A DNA stretch of 63,370 nucleotides, the filler included, from Choristocarpus tenellus KU-1152 (taxonomy: Eukaryota; Protista; Phaeophyceae), in assembly GCA_964200185.2 (NCBI GenBank). It is 9 parts of 9 records of this genome, joined end to end, with 100 filler letters (N's around TTAATTAATTAA, not from the genome) between each part and the next. Parts side by side here need not be neighbours in the genome. Positions count along the whole stretch, not along the records: positions 52,134 to 55,601 come from CAXNAD020019829.1; positions 55,702 to 60,597 come from CAXNAD020012625.1; positions 60,698 to 63,370 come from CAXNAD020025755.1; 6 more parts are not named here. One strand, written 5' to 3'. A model generated the notes under the pieces. That model made no database searches, had not been told where the DNA came from, and saw only the letters and a program-made list of their open reading frames with translations. Below, piece after piece: positions 52,034 through 63,370 of this stretch (within the stretch, counting starts at the first letter, position 1; each line of letters opens with the position of its first letter). The translations under genes were made by a program, and so were the position numbers.

Positions 52034-53266
52034 NNNNNNNNNNNNNNNNNNNNNNNNNNNNNNNNNNNNNNNNNNNNTTAATTAATTAANNNNNNNNNNN
52101 NNNNNNNNNNNNNNNNNNNNNNNNNNNNNNNNNCCTGTACATAACATAGACTATGCATATCACTCATCGGTGTTTCGCAACACCATGATTCTTCATCGCT
52201 AGTAGTCTACGCATTTTACCTACATGTACGATGCATTCGATTCAGGTTTCAACAATCCCGTCGTGAAATCGTGATCATGGAGACTAGGAACTAGCCCCCC
52301 CTTTGTAGGTAGGTCTCACTATTCGCTGTTAAATTTTACTAAAGCACATTCTACGCACATATCTTCTTGGTAAACCACCACGCTCTTTGGGAGCGTGCGA
52401 ACATTGTCCCCTCCGATCCAGTTGATGTCATTGTCATCACAATCATCATCATCCATAGGGGCCACTTCGTTTCCTCCTATTTCATCACCATCGTCCCATG
52501 CATCTCCAGATTCAATTCCGTCACCTGATCCTCCTTCAATCCAGGAGATTCCATCATCATTACCCCCCATCTCCTGAATTTCAGTAGTCCTTTAGCGCGC
52601 ATGCGGAGGGAGGATGTGTCCTGGAGCATAATCCATATCATCTTCATGCTCAAAATAAGAAGTCGGAAAAGGCACCCTGCCATCTATTGTGGGGTGCCAA
52701 TTGTGGAAAAATAAGACAATCGTAAGGTGTACCCTGTTTTGTGTATGCGAGATTATGGCATTGGATTGAGTCCATGTAATTCAACTAATGAGATAGTACA
52801 TCTGGATTATGTATGGGGTTTGATATTGCAATTAAAATTATCTGTCTTGACCGTTGACTTACATCTGAGGCACAAATTATATTATAAAAGCAATGAGAAG
52901 ACACCCCACAAGGTCACTCATTTTTTCAATGGGTTCCACACCTTCTTGTCTTCACTACAAATCAAATAGCAATACTTTCCAAGGTTAAGTGCACAGGTTA
53001 TGAGCCTTAGTATTATGGAGACAAGGAACAGGTTATGGGCCTCAATGGTATGAAGAACGGCTTGAAGAAGTTGCCCATCTGGACTGGAGCAGCACCAGGA
53101 CGACCAGTGGAGACCTGGACAACATGGAGATTATCTGTGGTGGGTTACACGAGTGGAGAAAGGGTCTGTATGATATTCTAAGGTGAAAATTCGTGGTCCT
53201 TGAACTCACAAAGACACCGATGGAACAGGAACGCAGATCGCACGAGAACTATGAGAACGAGTCAGT

Positions 53267-53460
53267 GGAGGATGCACAGAGGATGAAATCCCTGTGCAGC
53301 TGAACGGAGGATGCACGGAGGACGAGATCCCCGTGCAGCTGAACGGAGGATGCATGAAGGATGAGATCGCTGTGCAGCTCAATGGAGGATGTGCAGAGGA
53401 CAAAATTCCCGTGCAGTTCATATGGAGGACATGCGGACGACGAGATCCCCGTGCAGCTCA
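53267..53460. repeat. 39-bp tandem repeat x5 (GGAGGATGCACRGAGGAYGARATCCCYGTGCAGCTSAAY)
   Basis: Direct inspection; one frame reads (GGCTEDEIPVQLN)n. Confidence 0.9.
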
Positions 53461-53572
53461 TCACAAGACCCGACACAAGCCACAAGGAGCTGAAACGGGC
53501 AATAGTCTCTCATTATCGTCATATCAACAAAGTGCACCTGCACCTTTGGGAAAAATAGGAAGCTGGAGGCTA

Positions 53573-53829
53573 GAGTAAAAGTACCTTAGAGAGTACGAGT
53601 CTTGCCCTGTTTGTCCGTTTGAGGCTTGGCTTCCCCCGTTTTTTTTATGACATTTCGTACTCTGAAACTTTACGGAGTAGGTAAAATGTATGCCTTGTGA
53701 AAAGGTGTGTCCGAAACATAGATATTGACACTTCCTAACAAACACGATAGCCAAAATTACATCAAAATCGCAACGTTGGATACTGGCGCCCAAATGGACG
53801 CAGCTCTACCCTCTAAGATACTTTGACTA
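53573..53829. mobile_element. MITE family B, 257 bp, CTA on both flanks
   Basis: Colinear with 26024-26282. Confidence 0.85.
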
Positions 53830-54849
53830 CTAAGGAGACATGGGATGTATGGTAATATCGACGAAAAGCAAGAACTGGAGGTCAAGCGTGATACTTCAGG
53901 ATGTACTCTTTGGGTACCTGGTATGCCATGCTGAATGTTGAGCACTGGGACCCTGTGAAAAGACAATGGAGACAATTGAGGCAATGCAACTGGAGCTGCA
54001 ACTGTAACCAAGCCTGCACCAGATGGACCTGGAGCAGTCGTCACCGCACTGTCCCTGAAGGGGCACATCCATCGAATTGGAGACCCCAAGGTTCTTGCAT
54101 ACGGAGCGAGAGAAGCAATTGCTATATCTGTCACAAGGGTAGCGGTAGCAGGATATCTGTTATAGCACGCTCCAGAACTTACCTCCACAGGATATGTAGC
54201 TCTGATCCAACGACCTTTAAACGACCCTACTGGGGGTATTTCCAAAGTTGATCGCCACTTGCGGGTGTCAGCCACTCTTCTCTCGATGTTTTACACTTAG
54301 TGCTTAGCTCAATGCTTGGCTTAATGTTTTAATCGAGAACGAAAGAGTGAGCAAGAAATAAAATGATGAGTGACTACCAAAGTATTCTTATATTTACGTA
54401 ATTCACCCGATTTCTACAGACTACAAGCCGAAAGACATCTGCCAGCTGTTGTATACGTCCTCAAATTACAAATCTTTCCATAACTTATAAGAAATTGGTC
54501 TTTATTCTGTAAAGACACTTATGTGCTACGAATCTCATATACTGCTCGCGCTTGCTAGAACACGCGAAGAAATTCTCGTGCTATTCGCCTGTAACACATC
54601 AGCAGGAGCAGTAACCAAGCCTCCACCAGAGGGGAAAGGAGCAACTACATCTGACGTCCTTGCTGTGATGGCATACCTCCAAAACCCCCCACTCGCCTGT
54701 AAGAGGGCTAGAGTTCGACCTTCAACTCCTGAGGGAGAAGGAGTCAAGCAACCAACCCTGGTAGGGTAAGACATTGCTCTTTCCAAGGTGGTTGCCACAA
54801 TGGCAGACCTTATTGACTCTCACAGGGAAGGTTATCGGCAAAAGGATGT

Positions 54850-55270
54850 TTGCACAAGATGTTTAAGTCTGGGGAGTAAGTACTACTTACTCCAGACCAT
54901 CAAGAACATCTTCTATATCAGAGGCACCCTGGGAAGGCAGGTTGTCGACAAAGGGCTGCCTGCACAAGACTTGTAAGTCTGAGGAGTAAGCACTATCTAC
55001 TCCAGACCATCCAGAATCATCCAGAACCATTTTCTATATCAGAGGTACTTGCGGGGACTGATGCGCTAGAATGGCAAGTGGTGATGGGGAAGATGTAGTG
55101 AAAATAGAAGGGAAAGTTCATAAAGAGAGTGGTTTTTGCCACAGGGAATAAATACTGCCAACACTAGGTCCGAATATAATATAAAGCCAACCGCCGAGGG
55201 GACCATCGAACAGTTCAAGGTCAGGTTGGTGGCACAGGACTTCACTCAACGAGAGAATGTGGAATACTTC
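54850..55270 (+). mobile_element. Ty1/copia LTR-retrotransposon remnant (start of RVT_2 reverse transcriptase)
   Basis: YNIKPTAEGTIEQFKVRLVAQDFTQRENVEYF matches the copia motif KxDGxIERYKARLVAKGFxQxxGIDY; preceded by a ~110-bp local duplication; stops and frameshifts. Confidence 0.8.
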
Positions 55271-56669
55271 CATTGTGATTGGTGTTGGGTGTGGGGGAGA
55301 GAGTGCTATGTTCACCAAAACAAGCAACAGAGGGGAGCTGGTTCAAATTTTCACACATACGCCAGGTGGGGTGTCATCATGGGACACGATCATCATACAT
55401 CACTGTGTTGGTATATCTGGCTTCCCCTCAAGAGGCCAAGTTGGTAATCTCAGCCGAGTGACATTCGAGCCCGACGTACACACCATGGACTTTGTGGGGG
55501 GGAGGGAGAGACTACGACTTTGACTGACAATGACGATATGTACGATAATGATGAAGACTCCGATGGGGATTTTGATAGTGCAGCTTGTTGAACTATCCCA
55601 CNNNNNNNNNNNNNNNNNNNNNNNNNNNNNNNNNNNNNNNNNNNNTTAATTAATTAANNNNNNNNNNNNNNNNNNNNNNNNNNNNNNNNNNNNNNNNNNN
55701 NACTTTGACCAGATATGTAACCGAAACCAATAAAAAACCGACAGGGAACCCTAGTCTGAGTTCATGGTTACACAATGGAGCTGGCAAGGGAGGTTTTCGG
55801 TTGGATAAAGTGCCAAGGAGGTTCAACTGTAGCATTACTGGTTTCCTGGTAGGCAATTTCAGGGGGGGGGGGGGATCAGCAACAAAATCCCACCAAAACG
55901 CTCATTATTAAGAAGAAAATATGGAGTGAAAATGGTGTGCTTGCTGTACCTTACAAATACGCTTCTTAATCGAGCTAGACTAATGGTGACACAAAATCTT
56001 CAGAGCTTCCACCAAATAGCCTGGTTAAATAAAGTGATTCCACAGGTGGTTTAAACTTTTCTCATCTTCATTTTTTTTTAAACTAAGTGAGTAGAAAGGA
56101 ATCACCCTGGCTCTTCATTTCCACACAGCACCTTACGAAGATTGTCTTGTATGGCCTTCTTTCTGTCTCCAACTTGTATGGCCTTGAATAACTCACCCTT
56201 TTGAATGTGATGCAAGAGCTTGAAGAGCTGCAGTTTGACCTCAGGAAGAGCCCGCGTTGATCACAGCCAGCTGGACACACCGCCTCAACACACTGTCTCT
56301 GTTGCTACTTGGCAAGTGAAAAATAAAACTCCTGAAAAATGGTAGATCCCTTTCATTGTACTTCCTTGCAATATCAACTTCGCAGCCATTTTTATTCTTC
56401 TTTGCAACAGCATGGTACCGTAGGGCATATAAGCTGCTCTGGGGAAAATACTATCTTGCCCCAGGAAAATTAACATGTGGCTCGAAAACGCCTACAACCA
56501 TCCCTTTCACCGATTCCCCCCAAAGAGGTGTTGGCAGAGTGGGGACAAACAATCACAAGAGCAAGCACAACCTCAATCTCAACTACCTACGGAACAGATC
56601 TAAAACGAAAAAGCCCTCCCTCCGCATACATAGTCAGCAACACCATCAACAATTGCTAGCACCACCTAC

Positions 56670-58334
56670 CTGAACATCTTCCTCCCCCTCAAAAGAATGT
56701 AAAGATTGTCGTGGAAATCGTGATGCAGACCAGAGCTGGAGCCCTCCTTACTGAAGCCCATCCAGAGGTTCACATTTTGAGGAATCAGGTTACCTGCCAA
56801 CAAGGGCCTAAGTGAAAAATCTCCTCTGAGGTTGGTTAAGGGAGGGCTCATTAAGTCCGGCCTTCCATCTGGGTCTGCACCAAGCTCCTGCTCAACAAAC
56901 ATACCCAGATTGGAAAGGTGGGAGGAGGAGCATCCCGACCATAAGAAGGGCAGTGACTATGGCTGCTCTTGGAGAGTGATTCTGTTCGTGAGGACAACAT
57001 ACATACTCCTCAACACAACTGTTAAACTCCTATTTCAATTGGAAGAATGTTTATTGCGCCGGTTTGAAACAGATTTGGGAGCAATACATAGACGATTCAA
57101 TGGAGATTGAAAGAGAGAGGTTGTTAAGTGAACCAAAACCATTCATGGAAGAATTCAGCGAGACATCACTTGCATGGGGTGAGCAATAGTGCTGCTTGTG
57201 AGAAATCATACGGGCAAAGTAAGACATGTGCATGTCCTGGGCTCAGTAGGGGATGGCGCAAAACCACATTTAGGCCTGTTACCTGAACATTTTCCAGGGA
57301 TATTTGTGCTACTGCAGGCAAGCCGTGTCCCTAAGGGATCAATACCTGTGAGGTTGCACCGACAAAAGCACAACTTGGGTCCACTATCATCACCAGAGCA
57401 CAAGGAATAATGAAGGTGACAAATCTGGCACGTGCTCAAGGGTAACACAGTTCCCAACCTCATTGCGCCACACTATTAAGTACTGGTAGAAACAACCGTC
57501 TCAACAAACCACAAGATTTTGAGAAAGATCTCTATCACACTCGATCTACAGCATAGGATAGGATCTCCTCACCTGGGTCGTCAGGTAGAGTAAATCATTC
57601 CGATTGCTGACCTCGCGGACAAAGTCCCCAAATTTCATCGTTCTCTCTCTGCCTTCCCCAAATTTCTCTGTTGATGCGGAGCGGAACTCCACCCGTACCT
57701 TAGCCTCTCCAGCCTGAAAGTGGATTTGTGGTTGGCAATGATACCCGTGTCACAGAGTTATAGGTCGGGGAAGGTCGAGGTGTGGGTTCGGTAAGTGGGT
57801 GCTTGCATTTGCCTTCACAGAAAGGTTCATCAAAAATACCTTTGTAACTCTCCTGAGGAACTCTTGATTCTTCAACAAGCAGAGTTTGCAAAAGTCAACC
57901 TTTGAAGTCTTCTTGTACTTCGATGTATTAGTGCATCCTGCCCTAATTTTAACCCACTAGCGACGAGATGAAGGCAGGCAAGAAGTAAACGCCATCTTCA
58001 ACAGAGGCTAGTCATGTGGGTCGATTTCGATAACAGTAAGTCATCCCAGCGAACGCAATAGTATAGTAGGTAGGTCGCACAGAAGTCAGTCAAACTCAAA
58101 AGCTTAAAACCAAAATACGCAAATCCCTTCCTTTTCTTTTCCACTTATACGTCCTATCTGCATGAATTGTAGGGTAGTACGCACATTTTCCTGCAGGTAT
58201 TGATTGGTCCACCTCCCACCATGCCATCCTTCACTTTCGGGTGGGCATCCATTGATTACTACTGGCTGACGGGGCGATACGTAGCTTTCATAAAAATGTT
58301 TGGCTGGCAGATCAGACAGGCTCACTGTAGTCAC
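56670..58334 (-). CDS. JmjC/cupin-like 2-oxoglutarate-Fe(II) hydroxylase (JMJD5/JMJD7-like clan), partial; exons 58334-58185, 57713-57573, 56887-56670 (possible upstream exon ~58660-58613)
   Basis: FYESYVSPRQPVVING...WTNQYLQEN|AGEAKVRVE...MKFGDFV...LLYLTTQ|...PQNVNLWMG...SSSGLHHDFHDNLYILLRGRKMFR with the HxD iron ligands; exons in phase; 3' exons not found before the contig end. Confidence 0.88.
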
Positions 58335-59251
58335 CTTCGAGAGTGTGAAATTTATGGCAAAGGTTACAACATCAATGCAGGAAGTGTGTGGTAATCAAGC
58401 AACACGATGTTTCGGCGTGGTTCTGGGCGATCGAAGCAGTACTTGTTCAAACGATTTCATGCTCTTGCAGACGCTTCCACTGTTTGCCACACCCAGTCTG
58501 TATCCATGCCCCCAATCTTCCATCAGAGGAAGACAACAGATTACATTTCGACAATGTTGCACATGAGGTTCATCGGGAATATCAGTGGTTAAAGGAGGTG
58601 TAGACCTCTCACCTTCTTCCCCAAGCCCAGTGTAAATCCAGCATACAGGTTTTCTGGGGCTGTGCATTTCTCGAGCGAGCCCGGTGAAAGAAAGCAAAGG
58701 CAAAAGGTTCATTTACAACATGGCTTTCCCATAACAGAGTTAACTACCAAAGACGACAGATGTTGAAAATGTTTCAACATCCTTGAATCGAACTTGGATC
58801 GATGGTTGGTAAGGATTAGTCATGATGAAGTTATACAGCATAAAATCTAACCTTGGTGTATTGTCGAGGTAGATACACCCAAGCCCTTATGACAAGGTTC
58901 AACGCGTGCTCTTTTGTTACATCGCATTGTCACCTTGTCTTTCGAACTCCTGACCTTTGCAGGTTAAAATGATGCCATTAAGGTTGTAGTACTGGTTGGC
59001 CATACATATCCTTACTTTGTTTAGAAAGATCGTCTTCGATGACAAAATTGTGATATTCGATATTATCGAATCGATTTTATAATGTGATAGTGATGAGTTG
59101 GTCACATAAAATTGTCTCACGTCACATACAGGTTTGTGTGGGGGAAGGTAGACTGTAGAGGATCGCAAAGAAGGGTGAAACCAAGACGTCAATCGAAATC
59201 CTGGGCCAGAGCCCTTCCAGTCACACACTTTGCATATGCACCGCTCAAAAG

Positions 59252-59530
59252 ATGGCCAAGATATTCAAAAGAAAGAATCCAATATTGAATGAGGGAAGGG
59301 CGCATGTGGCGGTGGTTGACGGCAGCAAGAACGACTCCTTGATGCACATCTACATTGAGCTAGATGATGAGATGTTTGAGATCAATACTCGTGCCCCCTT
59401 AAGGCTTTGGAAGGACTATAAGATCCCAAAAGGTGCTGATGTTGTTATGGGTCCCGACTATGGTGTTCGACAGAAGAGGAATTCTGGTTGGAAAGGTATC
59501 AACGTCGATTACCTAAGAGATACCCGCTAA
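59252..59530 (+). CDS. Hypothetical 92-aa intronless ORF
   Basis: ATG in AAAGATGG context and globular-looking composition; no recognisable family. Confidence 0.3.
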   Translation: MAKIFKRKNPILNEGRAHVAVVDGSKNDSLMHIYIELDDEMFEINTRAPLRLWKDYKIPKGADVVMGPDYGVRQKRNSGWKGINVDYLRDTR

Positions 59531-60552
59531 ATGATTCCTCCAAAACCCGTACGACACAGAACGCCTTGGTGACTCAGTTGGGCATCCTACTGTCCACTCT
59601 GCATGGATTACTAAAGAGTTTGTTATTTTGGCATGCTCAACCTATCTTGAGTTCCTTACAGCTGAGTGTACGTTACGAAGGCTGAGTTGTATAACACACT
59701 GGGTCACTAATGGACCAGGAGGCTCGAAGAGTTTCCACTATTTCGAAGACTCCATGTATGTGGATGAGAAGTCATTTTTTCATCTACAAGGACCACCAGA
59801 AATACTACCTCTATACCTGTATGGTCCAGCACTTGGGTCACATTACCTGAAGTTTCAACCCCAACAATATTGTCGAACAAACGTGGGAGTAGCGGTAGTA
59901 ATAATACAACTAAAGTTGTAGGAATCCTATATGTGTACTTAATATTATTAACATACCGGGTTAGGATGGGAAGAGGAGTTCGCCATGAATGGAGATCACC
60001 ACACCTTCAAATACATGTTGATCCAACTGAGAATTTCTTTAATAAGGGTAACGTTGAAGCTTGTCATGGAGAGAACCAACACTCTCACAACCCTGTGGAC
60101 GAGGCATGCACCTTGTTACCAGCGCCAACCAACCCGGAGGAGGCTTTGAGATATTAAATCTAGTCAATTTGCTCCCAATTTAGAGATAAGTTCAATGGGC
60201 TCCTAAGAAAACTGTTGACAAATGCCGAAAGAAGGTTACTTTTCGCAAGGATGGTTGGTGGGCTGAACCTTCAAATTGTAAATCCTCTAGGACTTGCGAT
60301 TGCTGGAGGGACTTACGGTTAGAGCACGAATAAATACTGCAGTTGTTGTAACGATAAGAAGTAAAGGAAGGTATTGTGGGAGTCTTCAAGAAGGGTTCCT
60401 TCCTTGTTCCATAAACCATGCTTTGCATCCAAGGAAGGCTTACTCTTACAAGCCCAAATCGCATCATTATTTCATAACTCCTGATGGTGAGAGAGGTTTT
60501 GTGCTAACTAAGGTGAGTTTGATTGTTCTCGACATCAACAGAGCACGATGGA

Positions 60553-60597
60553 GGGTCAAAGTATCTGGGGGGGGGGGGTGTCGGCGTCTGTTTTCAC
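60553..60597. mobile_element. MITE end (GGGTCAAAGTATCT-G-tract) at contig terminus
   Basis: Shared TIR core. Confidence 0.75.
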
Positions 60598-60697
60598 NNN
60601 NNNNNNNNNNNNNNNNNNNNNNNNNNNNNNNNNNNNNNNNNTTAATTAATTAANNNNNNNNNNNNNNNNNNNNNNNNNNNNNNNNNNNNNNNNNNNN

Positions 60698-60760
60698 TTG
60701 TTTGACCGAAATGGACGCCCCCTCACAAACCACCTCCCCCCCCCCAGATACTTTGACCTC
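60698..60760. mobile_element. MITE family C end at contig start
   Basis: Nearly identical to 1-62. Confidence 0.75.
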
Positions 60761-63217
60761 TTGGGTCCCTGAAAAAAGAGTAGTATACTTATCTACCATG
60801 TACGACGCTGCTATATGTAGGTCCTAATCTCGATTAAATGAGAGGTGTACCATGACGATATCATGTCATACAAGTCAATGGTCTCCCAATTGAGGGGTTA
60901 CACAGCTTGAGTACACCATCTCCACCATGCTAGTTCGTGTAAAGGTTATCAGACCATGGTTGCTGGATGGATGGAAGGTGGGGTTTGTTGTGCCTTGAAA
61001 TCACGCACCAGAGGACTTCAGTTGAATTTTGAAACCATTTCTTTTCCAAAGTTCACTATACTGTTGAGACTCCTGCAGATGGAGGAAACTATAACAGGTT
61101 GCAGCATCAAATCAGATTTCGATATCTCTTCTATTGATCACGATACAATATAGTCAACCTTTGATCTTCTTACTCCATTTTCTTGCTCCTACGGTGTCAA
61201 CCTCAGGTAGTGGGTTTGATGAAGGCTGAGAAGCACACTAGCAACCAGGAGAAGATGAAGGTCCAAGAAAAAAAGCTTCAAGACAACAAAGCCAATCAAG
61301 GGACAAAATATACCCCTTCCAGTCCGTGAATCCCCCCCTCAAACCTCAGCATTCCCCTTACCCCCCCTTCACTCACGCACATTTAGAGCGCCTACGGAAA
61401 AGCACCGGAATATACAATGTGGACAAACGTTTGTGATGTTCTTCCCAATAGAAATTCTCTGTAGCATTAGAATATTGTATTTTCATGCCAAATGACTTCA
61501 AAGTATTGTGACCATTGGCTGGGTCAGGTGGAGTAGCAGAGTGGCAGAGTTATGGGGGCTATCTAGTCACAGCCCTGGGCAGTCAGTCGCATTTCTGGAA
61601 ATCCTCTTTTCATTCCGTTTGCAAATCTCCAAGTGATAACAACCGTCTACTGGGACAATGAGTCCAAACAGGATATGAAGGGGAGGATCGACAGGGTTGA
61701 ACAGCAATGAAATGAAACGCTGTGTTACTCTCGAAAAAACAGTGTTTCAGTAGTGTTCTGGAGTGCTTTGGAATACAGTGCAGTCAAAAATTCTTCAGCG
61801 GGCAATGGGGTACCATGAGACATACTCATTAGGTTGAGGGAAAGAAGTAATTTCGCGAATGACTGGCCTGGGAAGCAAACTACAGATAATAACTTTAGGG
61901 ATGGTTAGTGGCAAATGTGTTGCTGCTTCTACACTGGCCACAAGAGAGGGCTTGATATGAAGTCACCATAATCGCTGGAGCTGGTTGCACTGCTTAAGTA
62001 GTGAAGCATATACGTTATAGAGTGTGCATGGTGGCTTAAGAGATGAAACTCTATCTGCTGTCTGGCATAGGAAGGTTAAGATCTGATACTACGATGTTGT
62101 TTGGACTTGGGGAGATGACCTTGAAGAAAATTGAACGGCGTAATATTTGATTGGTCGGTGGACAGGCTTTGTTCATCAAGTAGCTTCGACTGTATCAATC
62201 ACGACAGGATATGGAAGACGTTTATGGAATCGTGAATGTATAGTGTCTTCATGTCGGAAGCTTTCTCGAAGGAGCTTCTTCTTGTTGCGTCAAAAAGTTC
62301 TCCATTAGTATGCGATCATAATCGATCAGTTCAATGTTAATAAATAATATACTTTGACGTGATTTTAAGCGCTGCAAGCTGTGAGTAATGTTGAGCTATA
62401 CACCATTGATGGTCTTTTCTTGGAACTGTCATACTCCCCACAATCAAGCAATGATCATTATATCGGGACTGAATACACCAATTTTGGTATAGCGGAGCTT
62501 CAGAGTACTTCTTAAGAAGTACACTTCGATGAAATAGAGCTCAATCAAGAAAATGCTGCCTCAGAGCTCATAGTACAAACGCCATATTGCGAAGATTAGC
62601 CCGACATAACTCAACATTAATACCTAATGGTGTGCATCAAACTCTCTCGAGCTCCTTAAGATTGCCAAGAAGACTGGCTGTAAAAATCACTCAAGCAATA
62701 TGTCGCAGACATCGTCAATAACAGTTATACCAACTCAGGATGTTCTATACTAATAATTAACGAACATCATCAATATAAAGGAGTGCTTAAAATGGGAGCC
62801 CCCTCAAATACTCTACTCCTTTTTTACCCCACTATCAATACCTACCTTTCTTTGTGAATCTTGAGTAGAGAACACTCAAATATTTATGTTTTAACGTTAC
62901 AGATTGCGTAAGCATTTCTCCCAAGAACAGCCGATTTCAAAAATGAAAAGACTTGTGAACTGAACCAATAGAACATCAGTCACACCTCAAATTGATCACA
63001 TATTATTAGTCGCAACATCTCCCAAAATAGAGTAGTAGTATATGGAGTACAAATATATCCATCCATAGAACGTGTAAGTGTGCGTTCGCAATGACGTATA
63101 GAGAAAATATTTAAAGATCAGACTATTCCTTTGCTATGACCTCTACTCTAATTTTTCTTTATAGTGGTGTTATTTATAGTGGTCCTAGTTGTCCTAGCGT
63201 TCCTATTACTACACATA

Positions 63218-63370
63218 CTATTTTATTATTATGCCCTCTGACATTTTGCAGATGTGTCAGGGGGGAAACCAATGAAAACAATATACATGCAAACTACATA
63301 TATAACAGCCGATTTCAAAAATTGAGGATGGAGCTTTTCATTGAGGATGGGCTTGACCCAAAATTGACTG
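63218..63370. mobile_element. Arm of the 10300-11533 element (63218-63280) adjoining a family D MITE end (63304-63370)
   Basis: Matches 11373-11432 and the reverse complement of 9658-9724 respectively. Confidence 0.75.

Noticed and set aside
53267-53460. CRISPR-like 39-bp repeats
   Set aside because: Contiguous units with no unique spacers.
57952-58022. Intronic stem-loop as a snoRNA candidate in the JmjC gene
   Set aside because: Only weak pairing and no convincing C/D or H/ACA boxes.
61200-62900. Possible decayed LINE or other coding sequence
   Set aside because: No ORF of 60 aa or more, and no diagnostic motif found.
1-63370. Fanzor/TnpB, tRNA, rRNA or giant-virus hallmark genes
   Set aside because: I saw no RuvC motif set, cloverleaf, rRNA sequence or capsid/polB signature by eye.

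Overview
This is eukaryotic, intron-rich DNA, and it is not one locus. Eight identical artificial 100-nt spacers (N44-TTAATTAATTAA-N44) join nine unrelated contigs, so adjacency across spacers means nothing. The host is probably a photosynthetic stramenopile such as a brown alga or relative. That is inferred from a bipartite plastid-type presequence, TTAGGG-like repeats and the TE types. Recognisable host genes are a complete 6-exon eIF2B-alpha (323 aa), the 5' half of a CHD chromatin remodeller, a partial Vac8-like armadillo-repeat gene with a GC-AG intron, a partial JmjC/cupin hydroxylase and a 3-exon orphan of about 868 aa. The rest is TE-rich: a decayed mariner (DD39D-type) transposase, RLE-type non-LTR and Ty1/copia remnants, and several MITE families. 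Three of these MITE families share a CAAAGTATCT TIR core and sit at half of the contig breaks. The most unusual region is contig 47297-52033. It carries a decayed, intron-containing gene with a ParB/Srx-like N-terminal domain (VLDGNHRV) and downstream segments resembling a beta-class N6A/N4C DNA methyltransferase. That gene is divergent from a Cys-rich Sola-like transposase fragment, and the two are separated by three ~210-bp tandem repeats that each carry a hairpin. All domain calls come from motif recognition by eye; no database searches were run.
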